A DNA stretch of 51,815 nt. Origin: Octopus sinensis (Eukaryota). Below are positions 26,024 through 36,958 of the stretch, one piece after another. The position numbers and the translations under genes are program-made. Below the pieces are notes generated by a model that saw nothing but the letters and a program-made list of their open reading frames with translations, made no database searches and was not told the DNA's origin. Every line of letters begins with the position of its first letter. The stretch's first letter is position 1. The stretch covers positions 1 to 51,815 of the forward strand of contig NW_021834022.1 in NCBI RefSeq assembly GCF_006345805.1, written 5' to 3'.

Positions 26024-26028
<5 letters not shown>
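25837..26028 (+). mobile_element. ~200 bp (TA)n-embedded repeat with hammerhead-like motif, copy 2
   Basis: Reverse complement of 2441-2649. The motif TCTTT-CTGTCGA-A-GAGCGTAGACTC-GAAAC-GT-A-AAAGA is at 25898-25935. Confidence 0.75.
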
Positions 26029-26090
<62 letters not shown>

Positions 26091-27160
26091 TATGTGGGCA
26101 CAGGATCTTGTTCACTGTTATTGTTCAAGCTGTTCCATTGGTGGTAAAAGAAACTTGGGAAAGCGTATGACCACTCTCTGAATAACACAAAAAGGGAAAC
26201 TGAAGCAAAGAAATAGTAGAGGAAAAGAGTACCTGGTTGATGAGAAATGGAATTGAAGTTCAGAAGGTATAAATTATACTGCATTCCATTGCTTACATCA
26301 CCAAAGGCAATTTGACATTGGGGCACCTGACCACCGAGAAATGTAAAAGTTAGAACCCAAAGATGAACACAAAATGTGACCACAAAGGGTATCCAGCAAT
26401 TATAATAAGGGCGTAATCAGGATCCGGCACTCTTACAGAGTAAGGAGTTAAGTGTCGAAGCACTTATATAAGTGTAGAGGATGCTTCTTCTCTGAAGAAG
26501 ATTTTCTGTTCAGCTTTCGCTAGCGTTTCTTACTACTTATGATCCTGTCACAATGTGTAATCGCTAATCGACTGAACAACAGATGAAACAGCCTGCCCGT
26601 CCGCAACAAATTGCTACTACACTCGTACATATAATGACATTTGATTTTGCATGCATATACACTGAACTATACATCTAAATCTCAACGTTTTAATAGACTA
26701 ATATAATACTAATTCTATACGTGTGCGTAAACAACCCATTTGTATTTATCCATTCACAATCTGTCATATGCCATACTCATAAAATTAACTCAATTAATTT
26801 TGATTCAATTTAATGTGTACACTCCACTAATGGCTATAATACATTCTATTGCCAGCGATACATTACGCACATCCTACCAATGTGTGTATATGTGTGCATA
26901 TATTTATTCTAGAATATATCCTCAAGTGGTATCCAATTAACAATCGCAAAATTACATAATATTTTGTAATGTATATCACACACAAACACACACACACACA
27001 TGTACGCGCACACACACACACACACGTATGGCTACTATTCTCTTATATATTTTAATTTTACGTATACACATTAGTGATTCGCTAAATCATCCATAGATTT
27101 CTATGATGGAAATATATATACAGACAGAGAATGAAGTCCGAAATCTGTCGAGGTAGAGCC

Positions 27161-27214
27161 AGTCCCTACTGATGAGGCAACGGAAATTGCTGAAACTGAA
27201 TTCAGATAAGGAAT
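27161..27214 (+). ncRNA. Type I hammerhead ribozyme motif, apparently missing U16.1
   Basis: AGTCCCTA-CTGATGA-GGCAA(CGGAAA)TTGCT-GAAA-CTGAATTCAG-A-TAAGGAAT. The CUGAUGA and GAAA cores are canonical, stem III is a palindrome, and stem I has 2 mismatches. Confidence 0.55.
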
Positions 27215-27399
27215 TCTCGAGTGGCGTTATCGGACGATTATAGTCCCTGTCTGTATATACTGTATACATACATTTATGTGCTTTGACTACAGTATTAGAG
27301 CAGTTTAGCTCTTATTTCTAGCAATGTAGGTGTTTCTAACACCCTAATCGCATTTAATGACAGGGGTGCTGAAAAGTTCCTAGCTTTGTGTAAAAGTAT

Positions 27400-27594
27400 T
27401 GTAGGGAATTAGTAATAATAATACTCATCCCACCTGACGAATGGGACAATCTAGTCACTATAAGTAAAGAGAAGCATGTGAAATACGAGAGTATGCAGTA
27501 GGGGACCAAAGAGAGTCGTGTCTTTACTGGTTTTACTAAGTATATTGTATACCGAAGTGGGCGTTATAAATCTAGCATTTTAAGGATTATAACA
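27400..27594 (+). mobile_element. Putative 5' LTR of the Gypsy element
   Basis: TGTAGG...ATAACA immediately precedes the PBS. The left boundary is uncertain because there is no matching 3' LTR in the window. Confidence 0.45.
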
Positions 27595-27595
27595 A

Positions 27596-27608
27596 TGGCG
27601 ACGAGGAT
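27596..27608 (+). promoter_or_regulatory. Primer-binding site complementary to the tRNA-Ser(GCU) 3' end
   Basis: TGGCGACGAGGAT lies one base after ...TAACA. It is the complement of ...AUCCUCGUCGCCA, the eukaryotic tRNA-Ser(GCU) end recalled from memory. Confidence 0.7.
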
Positions 27609-27610
27609 TT

Positions 27611-27706
27611 AAACAACTCACGAGAAATTAATAAACTCGACGACGAATTAATCAACTCGAAGATGAGTTAATTAACTCGAAGATGAGTTAATTAACTCAC
27701 TGAGTT
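27611..27706 (+). repeat. Five 20 bp tandem units in the Gypsy 5' leader
   Basis: Units start at 27611, 27631, 27651, 27671 and 27691; consensus ATTAACTCGAAGATGAGTTA. Confidence 0.85.
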
Positions 27707-27743
27707 TTTTTGTGCGAATTTTACGAAAAATAATTCTAAAATT

Positions 27744-28323
27744 ATGGAAAATTTGTTGGCCGGTTTGCACGAGTTACAAAACAGCAACAACAGCAATAGA
27801 AAGAACAGTAACAGCAGCAGCTACAACTGCCAGAACAACAGCTGAAGCAACAACAACACCAACAACAACAACTGAAAGAACCGAAGGACTGAAGTCGTCA
27901 GGAAAGTCAGAAAAAGTGTTTGCGCCAGACTATGTCGCGAACTCCATAACAGAGTCCAAATACGAACCTGACGAGGGAAACATCTTCGAAGCATACTTCA
28001 GAAGATATGATCAACTCTTCGATAAAGCATGTAAAGACTGCAATAACGAGATGAAAACGCGCTTAATCTTGAGAAAACTGGTGGCAAAAGAACATGAAAG
28101 ATGCAGTGATTATGTACTCCCAAGAAAACTTTCGGACATAAATTTTAATGACATAATAGGCGCAGGAGTGGCTGTTTGGTAAGTAGCTTGCTAACCAACC
28201 ATATGGTTCCGGGTTCAGTCCCACTGCGTGGCATCTTGGGCAAGTGTCTTCTGCTATAGCCCCGGGCCGACCAAAGCCTTGTGAGTGGATTTGGTAGACG
28301 GAAACTGAAAGAAGCATGTCGTA

Positions 28324-28355
<32 letters not shown>

Positions 28356-30950
28356 AGTGTGTGTGTATATGTTTGTGTGTCTGTGTTTGTCCCCCTAGCA
28401 TTGCTTGACAACCGATGCTGGTGTGTTTACGTCCCCGTCACTTAGCGGTTCGGCAAAAGAGACCGATAGAATAAGTACTGGGCTTACAAAGAATAAGTCC
28501 CGGGGTCGATTTGCTCGACTAAAGGCGGTGCTCCAGCATGGCCGCAGTCAAATGACTGAAACAAGTAAAAGAGTAAAGAGAATATATTGCGTAAAATTTT
28601 CAGTGAAAAAACTTCATTGTTCAACACACGTTCGAAGTGTCTGAACATAGAGAAAACCAACGACGAGAACTACATCACATATGCGGGTAGAGTACATAGG
28701 GAAAGCGAGAAGTTTAAGTTGTATGAATTAACGCCAGATATATTCAAATGCTTAATTTTTAAACAGGGACTTATTGCCGAAAAGGATGCAGAATTCTAGC
28801 TAAGCTGGAACAAAACCGAGATGTAAACTTACAGCAAGTGTCAGAAGAACGTGAAGTGGTAGTCAAATTAAGACACGACACCCAGGAAACTGAACCTAAA
28901 GATTGTTTCCAAGTAAAGGTAGTGAGAAATAGTCAGAATAGAGATAAAACACGACAAAAATTAGGAAATAAATCCATGTTTTGCATATGGAGGTATACAC
29001 CTCAGGAAAAATTATCCATTTAAGAAAGCAGAGTGCTTTCGTTGTGGAAATATAGGACAAATAAAGATGCACTATAGAATAAAGATGACAATATCAGAAC
29101 AAAAGAAAAAGAATAAATAGTACGTCATCGGAAGAAATTGGTAAAATGATGATGAGGAAATTCGTGAAGGGGAAAATCAGAAATACAAGTGTTAAAATAC
29201 AATTGGACACTAGTAGTAGTGATATTACCATTATAAACGAAAAAACGTGTAAATATGTTGCTAAGCCGAAATTGATTAAATCTAAAAAGGTAGCACATGA
29301 TGTTACGGGAAAAAAGATTATATTTTTTTCGGTAAATTTGTATATAATGTAACATTTCGAGGTCAAATGAAAAAGTCAAAGATATATATATTAAAAGATT
29401 CACTTAATTTATTTGGCACAGAGTGGGTAGAACTATTCAAATTGTGTGGGAATGTAGTTGGGCCAGTCAAATGTTCAAATGAGGCCGGAGGACTGTAACA
29501 AAACATTTAAAAAAACATTATTTCCAGATTTTTTTTTTCTGTTTTTTTTTTGAAAAATTGGGTTATTATACAAAAACAAAAGCTAAAGGCGCTGTAAAAC
29601 AAAGTGTAACACCGGTCTTTAGGCCAAACGGAATGTACCATTCGCAGCAATAGACTGGTTAGCAAAGAACTTGCGGTTAAAGACAAGTTTATAAAGGAAA
29701 CAGAAAACATTGTGGTCAACAAAAGAAGATAGGAACAGGTTTGGTGCGAAACGAAACCAAGATGTGAACCTATACTCAATGTGTGATGGTGTACTGATGT
29801 ATACAGAGAAAATAGTGATACCGGAAACACTACAAAAGAAAATGCTGAGAGAATTTCAGGTCAGACATCTTGATATTCCAAGGATGAAAGCGTTAAAGCG
29901 CAGTTACGTATTTTGTCCAAAGATGGAGAGGAAAATCGAAAATTCGGTGAAAGGCTATAGCAGCAAAATTGCCTACTATAGAAAGTGAACCTTGGCCAAA
30001 AGTAGATGTTCCGTAGTCGAGACTACACATCGATTTCGCTGGTCCTTTAAATAGTTCTTACTACTTAGTGGTAGTTGATAGTTTTTTCGAAATGGCCTGA
30101 AATTTGCAAGTATAAAAAACCAACCTCCTCAACTGTGATAAATTTTTTTTACACGAATTGTTTGCAAGATTTGGCATCTCAGACAAGATAATGTCTGACA
30201 ATGAAACGCAATTTGTGTCTAGCGAATTTTAAAAGTTTTGTGAAACGTTGGCGTTAGAACATGTAACTACTGCGCCATACCATCTCAGATCTAACGGACA
30301 GGCAGAACTCTTGTCAATACCTTCAAGAGAGCCATTAAAAATCAAATTAGGAAGTCACGGATGAGGTAACTCTACAACAATTTTTAAGACTGTACTGTGT
30401 GACACAAAATCCGAATACACCAGCAGGTAGCTCACCAACTGAGCTAATGCTTGTAAGGAAAGTAAAATTAGTCTTTGATAGATTGCTACCTGGCAAGAAA
30501 AGAAAAAGTGCCAGGGAAGACATAGCAAGATTCTTTAAAGTTGGTGAAAAGGTGTATATGAGGGCATACAAGAATGGAAAGCAGGGTTGGGAAGGTGGCG
30601 TAATTACCAAATACTAGCAAGACAGCAAGGACACATTGGGTTAAGTAGTCCTCGATACTCTTAAAATACAGACATGTTGTTAACGAGATAAGATTCTTGG
30701 ATCATAGATGTGATAATCCAGAAATAGCATGGAACTAAAGGGAAGAAATAATCACAGAATCCAAACATGTCTTTTAAAATAGTACGAACGTTACAAAATC
30801 TCACTATATCTAAATAAAAAAACTGTAGCATTAAAATTAATGTAGATTCTATCGAGAATCGAAAGAGAGATCCAATGTGACTACATGAGTTTCCTTGCCC
30901 GTATGCACTTCGACATTCGAAGCAACGTAATTCAGTATTAGACACAATGT
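27744..30950 (+). mobile_element. Decayed Mag-like Ty3/Gypsy LTR retrotransposon interior (gag-PR-[RT/RNase H deleted]-IN)
   Basis: Gag has a polyQ N-terminus and FEAYFRRYDQLF...KTRLILRKL...YVLPRK...LRKIFSEKTSLFNTR, with degenerate twin Zn knuckles (~28975-29075). The protease motif LDT(S)SSDITII is at 29146-29352. The integrase has an H2C2 region (IVIPETLQKKMLREF...RMKALKRSYV) and a core HIDFAGPL...VVVDSF.KWPE...SDN.TQF...APYH.RSNGQAE. There are many stops and frameshifts. Confidence 0.9.
28159..28580 (+). mobile_element. SINE family A, full length, inserted in Gypsy gag
   Basis: Starts GGCGCAGGAGTGG right after gag codons GAC ATA ATA; gag resumes AAT ATA TTG CGT at 28581. Confidence 0.93.
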
Positions 30951-31219
30951 TTTTATAATTTAATGCTAAGAATTGTTCGTATGTAAAGAATTGTTCCAGA
31001 AAATTCTAAAGCTATTTTCCTTCTGAAGTGGTAGAATGTTTTACCATTCTTTCAGTTTTCATAACAGTCTTGAGAATTTCGAAGTTCATGGAATTTAAAA
31101 AAGAAAAATAATATATATGTATATAGATATATTATCTTCATTTTGTTTACTTTGTAAAGTTAATATCCGTTTATACATATAGGGATGTGTGAATAATGAT
31201 GTGTGTGTGAGAGTGTGTG

Positions 31220-31260
<41 letters not shown>

Positions 31261-31541
31261 ACGAATTGTATACGCGACTAATTGTGTCTTTGTGTACGAG
31301 GTGCATAACGATGTATGAAATAAATGTGATTATATATGTGTATGTTTGTGTAGATTTTTGGATGTATGTATATATGTAGATATACACAGAAAGCGAGAGA
31401 AAATAAAGGAAGAAAAAGAGAGAGAATAAGCATGTGTTTAAAGCAAACAACTCACACACAGAGACACATACACAGAAACATCTATATGTGTGTATGTATG
31501 TATATATGTATCCAGGAGAGTATGTATATATTTATATATAT

Positions 31542-31579
<38 letters not shown>

Positions 31580-31870
31580 CATATATATCTGTGTATATGA
31601 ATACGCATGTATGTGCTTATATGTATACATGTACAGAGAGAGGGAGGGGAAAGATAGAGGAAAAGAGAGCAAGATTAAGCTTAGAAGTGTAGATAGATAT
31701 AAACACGCGCATATACATACATGCGTATAGTAAGCACATAGATGCAAAACAAGGTGGAAAAACAGTACTCGAATACCAAAGGTAGAGTAGTACGCTGTTT
31801 ATCAATGCCCCAAAAATCTTCATAAATTGTTACTCAGAGTTTCATATGACCGTTTATATATATACGTATC

Positions 31871-31905
<35 letters not shown>

Positions 31906-31930
31906 ATACATACATAAACGTATCTATACA

Positions 31931-31962
<32 letters not shown>

Positions 31963-32020
31963 CATATATATATAGATATATATATATATATATCTGTATA
32001 TATATATCTGTATATATATA

Positions 32021-32075
<55 letters not shown>

Positions 32076-32158
32076 CATAAACGTATCTATATATCTATAT
32101 ATGTGTTTATGTGTGTGTGTTATATTATGTGTATATATATACAGTTAGAGATGTAGAC

Positions 32159-32231
<73 letters not shown>

Positions 32232-33022
32232 TACATATATGTACGCATATATATATATATATATAATTATATATATTATATATATACATAATATATATGC
32301 ATACATATGTATACACAAACACACACAAACGCAGAAACACGCGCGCAAGCACACACAAACACACATATTTCACTTACAAGCGTTCAAAAATATATTCAAA
32401 CGTACACAGATACACACATATAAAATAAATGGCATGCGCACGCATACATAATACAGACATACACAGATACCTACGTATGTAACTCAAATACTATATTAGC
32501 TGCATACACACAGTCATAGATACAAGCAAACATACAACATATAACATACAAGCATTCGTGTATTCTTGCATACATACATACGTACATACATACAATCATA
32601 TACTCACTGGAAAATAACGAAATTTCAGAGTAAGCAAATATATATAATTTAAAAGCAAAAAGATAAATATATATCGACAGCATTTTGACGGCAAATGCTA
32701 TTTCAGGAAACTCTAAGTATCAAGCTGGATGAAAACAAGAATTAGTTAAAGACACATCTTGCATGACTCGTCAACCATTCTTGAGTGAGCTACTGAAGAA
32801 ATGTGTCGTATGTGTGTGTGTGTGTCTGTGTGTTATTTCAGTGTTTGTAAAACTGTGTGTCTTTTGAAAAGAATGCCGGGTCGGGGGTGACTGGGTGAAG
32901 ATCTTGTTTTTGGTTGCTTTCGACTGGCTCCGACAGCCCTGCAATGTGAACGGTAGCAAAAATTTGCATTGTTACATGACAGCATCATGATGATGATGGT
33001 GATGATGATGATGATGATGATG

Positions 33023-33146
33023 AACCACATGGTTATGGGTTCTGTCCCACTGCGCGGCACCTTGGGCAAGTGTCTTCTACTATAGTCTCGGGCCGACCAA
33101 AGCCTTGAGAGTGGATTTGGTAGACGGAAACTGAAAGAAGCTGTCG

Positions 33147-33183
<37 letters not shown>

Positions 33184-33305
33184 CTATATTTTAGTGTGTC
33201 TTTGTCACTCCAACATCGCTTGACAACCGATGCTGGTGTGTTTACGTCCCCATAACTTAGCGGTTCGGCAAATGTGACCGATAGAATAAGTACTAGGCTT
33301 AAAAA
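33023..33305 (+). mobile_element. SINE family A, truncated at both ends
   Basis: Core and the first part of the tail, followed by a family B fragment (33315-33410, minus). Confidence 0.85.
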
Positions 33306-33438
33306 GTTCTGGTGGGAGGGGGACTAGCCGATTACATAGACCCCAGTACTTGACTGGTATTTATTTCATCGACACCGAAAGGATAAAAGGCAAAGTTGAC
33401 TTCGGCGGATTATTTGGTTTTTATATCATACCTCACAG

Positions 33439-33513
33439 ATATATAACACTGCGTCGACACATCACTGGTGTTTACCCAAAACCTTTCAAGAATCTGCATC
33501 GGTTAACACATCT
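33439..33513 (+). other. Candidate 75 nt phase 2-2 LRR exon lacking a GT donor
   Basis: Acceptor CCTCACAG|, reading YITLRRHITGVYPKPFKNLHRLTHL, then CT|AAGTAC where CT|GTAAGT would be expected. Confidence 0.3.
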
Positions 33514-35509
33514 AAGTACTTTAGCTGCATCAGTTAACGTACCTAGATGTTACATCTGCATGGATTTACTTCGATGTTGTACCTACGTCGGTTAACTTGC
33601 TTAGATATCTTACCTTCATCAGTATCTTGCTAATGTTGCTGCTACATCCAGTTCCAAGATGCCAACAACATGCCTTTCAAAGTGTGACCAAATATAACGG
33701 CTGTTCAGAAAATCTATGTTATTGTCACTTAGACGTTGTCTGACATATCCTGCAAGTCTAAACAGAGAGCATTTCGTCTTTTTCCTGGTTATTCCAAGGA
33801 ACACCTTTCCAGGCATTATAATTTGTATCGGGTGTGCAGACTTGATCCAGGCAGTTTTGGGATATTAGTTCTGTCGAAGGGATAAAATATACTATTTAAA
33901 GATTGTTTGAATCGAAGCTAAGCATTTTGGCTTGTTCGTTAATAGTTTCTTAAGTAACGAGAAAATGGATTTGGTATTAATCTTTATTTTGTACAACGGT
34001 CGTTTCCACTCATCTTGTTACTGTCTCTTATGGGTGGGACTCCTTTCAACATGTTGTATTACATCAATTTTGCAGTCTGGGTCTCATCGGGTACATCTAT
34101 ACATAAAGGTTTGTGCCTCACTGAAGATCCTGAGATTTGGCTGTCATGTTGTTATATGCTCGTCTGATTAGGGAATGAAACATCACTACAATTTTCAATT
34201 ATAATCTTTTTTCAATAAGAGTTGCAAACACTTGTAAAATATAGACAAATAAGTGTGTGTGTGTGTGCTTGCGTACATGTATGTATGTATGTATGTATGT
34301 ATGTATGTATGTATGTATGTATGTATGTATGTATGTGTGTATGTATATGCTCTTCTAACTGTTAAATATCATAGTTGCTTCCCCGAAGACCTATTCTATT
34401 GAGAGTTGAAACAGTAAGTTCATATTAAGGCCAACAGTCTACAGCATTAATTATTGTTGTAAATCATAATCCAAATTTTCAATAAGGCTTAGCGTTTTGT
34501 TATATACGTCAGAGATAAAGCCTACGTGCGGGTATTATAATCCTGTGCTGGATACAGTATGCTATGTGTGATGCTGTTCTGGTAATTATACCACAGTTGC
34601 TGAGGACTGAATGGTAAGCAAACACTGAAAACGTTAATAAAGAAGTTCCTCATCGAAGATGGATAATGTGTGACAGCAGATTCTTCCAAGTCGATGTTCC
34701 TTTCTATATCATCTTCCAAGAAACAACTTCTCTGGAAAACTTCACGTTCTGCTGCATAGATATTACTATACCAAGCTGCTATTTTGAATTCCTCATTAAA
34801 AAAAAATCGTATCTTCAAGACGTTTATTTCCAGGTTTCAAATACCATGGGAGATAGTCAATCATAACCTCATTGTTTCCCATACAAATTTGTGCATATTG
34901 ATACAAAAGAGTGTCTACTTAAAGTGCTTCTACCAATATCATGTAACAATAACGAAAGACAATTGTTTCATAGAAAATATAGAGAAAGCATATATACTAG
35001 AACGATGGCGTTATTAAAATTCCTTATTTCAAAAAAAAAAAAAAGTATGATATCTTCGAAATGTTGGTAACCAGTTCCAATAACAATGGAGACAGAAGAT
35101 ATATATTCTTTTATTGTTTAACTTTTAAATATGTTTATGCGTCTCAAAATATTCAGGTTTTATGCTCTGTGAATGAGGCTGTTCATTTTTATATCTTAAA
35201 TATACAATATATTTTAATATATTTTATAACGTATTTGAAAGATAGAAATTTATCTTCTTGTTTTTTTTTATCTTCTATGGCATTTGAAACCACATGCTAA
35301 CTTCTCGAAGATATAACTTTCAAATAAGGAATATAGATAATGATGACATTCCAAATATATACTGTCTATTATGTGCGCGCATGTATATGTTGTTCATAGC
35401 TATGTGTGTATATATATAGTTGTGTGTGCATGTGTATGTGTATTTGTCTGTGGGTGTTTATACACAAACACACACACATATGTATGTTTTTATACAAGGA
35501 TGTTGTTGA

Positions 35510-35552
35510 CAGTGGCTTCGAAGCTTCGGCCTGCTAAGCCATCGTCGAACTG
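35510..35552 (-). ncRNA. Hammerhead-topology motif with a non-canonical core
   Basis: CAGT-TCGACGA-T-GGC(TTAGCAG)GCC-GAAG-CTTCGAAG-C-C-ACTG: stems I, II and III all pair, with U3, C4 and G15.1-C16.1. Confidence 0.4.
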
Positions 35553-35661
35553 CTGGCCAAAACTTCGAACCACTGTCAACATCATTCTTGTATAAGAATA
35601 ATAGATTTCGTTTTTGGATTTGGTTTGCAAGATTCTTTATATGAGTTCGTGTGTTGAAGCA

Positions 35662-35915
35662 TATTCTGTTGTGTCTGGGGACAGACATTTTCTTTTGTGC
35701 CTTATAATGTAACACATTCACCGGTAAAATTTCCACTTATTTCTTATTTTTATTTTCCTAAAATTTTCGTTGCGTCTTGCAACATTTTCAATAGTCAAGA
35801 CTATTGAAAATGTTGCAAGACGCAACGAAAATTTTAGGAAAATAAAAATAAGTGGAAATTTTACCGGTGAATACGTTAAAAAAAGAAAATGACTCTCCCC
35901 AGACACAACAGAATA
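35662..35915. repeat. Long inverted repeat with a 2 nt centre
   Basis: Arms 35716-35796 and 35799-35872 are perfectly complementary except for a 7 bp indel. Imperfect arms extend to 35662/35915. Confidence 0.95.
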
Positions 35916-35986
35916 ACAGATTTGTAACCTACAAAAGTATACTGTAAACCATCATATTAATGTAAAATCGTTTGTGTGCGTGCGTG

Positions 35987-36532
35987 CATGCGCGCCTGTA
36001 CACCCACGTATATGAGCCTATATGTATATACACATCAACCCCCACTCGAAACACACATGCTCACCCACGCATACACGCTCGCACGCACACACACACGCGC
36101 ACCAAAAAGGTTCCTGCACACGTCTACATACGCACATGCACAAGAAAAACAGAGCTAAAGGCAAAATACAGAAATATATGTAAAGAAGTGTAAAAGAAAT
36201 AAGCAATAAGAGTAAAACATGTCTATATACGCACATAAGGGTATGTGCGTACTTACGAGTATGTGCGTATATAGACGTGTTTTACTCTTATTGCTTATTT
36301 TTTTACACTTTTTTACATATATTTCTGTATTTTACCTTTAGCCCAGTTTTTTCTTGTGCGTATATAGACGTGTGCATGAACCTTTTTCGTACGCGTGTGT
36401 GTGCGTGCGAGCGTGTATGCGGGTATGTATATATTTTTTGGCCAATGTGTGGGTGAGCATGTGTGTGTTTCAAATGAGGGTGGATGAGTATATACCTATA
36501 GACGCATGTACGTGGGTGTGCGGGCGCGCATG
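35987..36532. repeat. ~550 bp diverged fold-back (MITE-like)
   Basis: Left arm 35987-36237 and right arm 36260-36532 are reverse complements with scattered mismatches and indels, for example AATAAGCAATAAGAGTAAA / TTTACTCTTATTGCTTATT. Confidence 0.9.
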
Positions 36533-36709
36533 TGTATGTATGGACATACGCGATTACGCGAATACCATGAACATTTTTACTCCCTTACTTTTACTCCCTC
36601 CCCTCACTTAGCGGTTATTTTAATACCTCTTTTGTCTTAATAACGGTCAATCACATAGTAATTAGTCTTTGTTTAACGGTCATTTTCATTGCATTTTTCT
36701 CGATGGCCC

Positions 36710-36770
36710 GATAACTGAAGAGATGGCGGCGTAGGTTTCCACCCCGACATCCGAAACTCGGAGTTTTATC
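36710..36770 (+). ncRNA. Type I hammerhead ribozyme with all conserved core nucleotides
   Basis: GATAA-CTGAAGA-GATG...CATC-C-GAAA-CTC-G-GAG-T-T-TTATC. Stem I is 5 bp, stem II is long with one extra C, stem III is palindromic ACTC/GAGT, and the site is GUU. Confidence 0.7.
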
Positions 36771-36798
36771 ATGGCTACCGAATAATTGTCACATATTA

Positions 36799-36958
<160 letters not shown>

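Noticed and set aside
27361-27390. CAGGGGTGCTGAAAAGTTCCTAGC resembling a mariner-type TIR
   Set aside because: Only ~25 bp, with no partner TIR or transposase sequence in the window.
24163-27706. 29 bp and 20 bp tandem arrays as possible CRISPR arrays
   Set aside because: There are no unique spacers between repeats, the context is eukaryotic and no cas genes are present.
30950-31200. 3' LTR of the Gypsy element
   Set aside because: No polypurine tract plus TG start, and no similarity to 27400-27594, could be found downstream of the integrase.
33600-33875. Exon-like block (minus-strand acceptor ~33871, donor ~33614) and LRR-cap-like peptides on +
   Set aside because: Every frame has stops. 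The LRR-like words (CSENLCYC, IPRNTF, DPGSF) lie in three different frames, which is too fragmentary to call.
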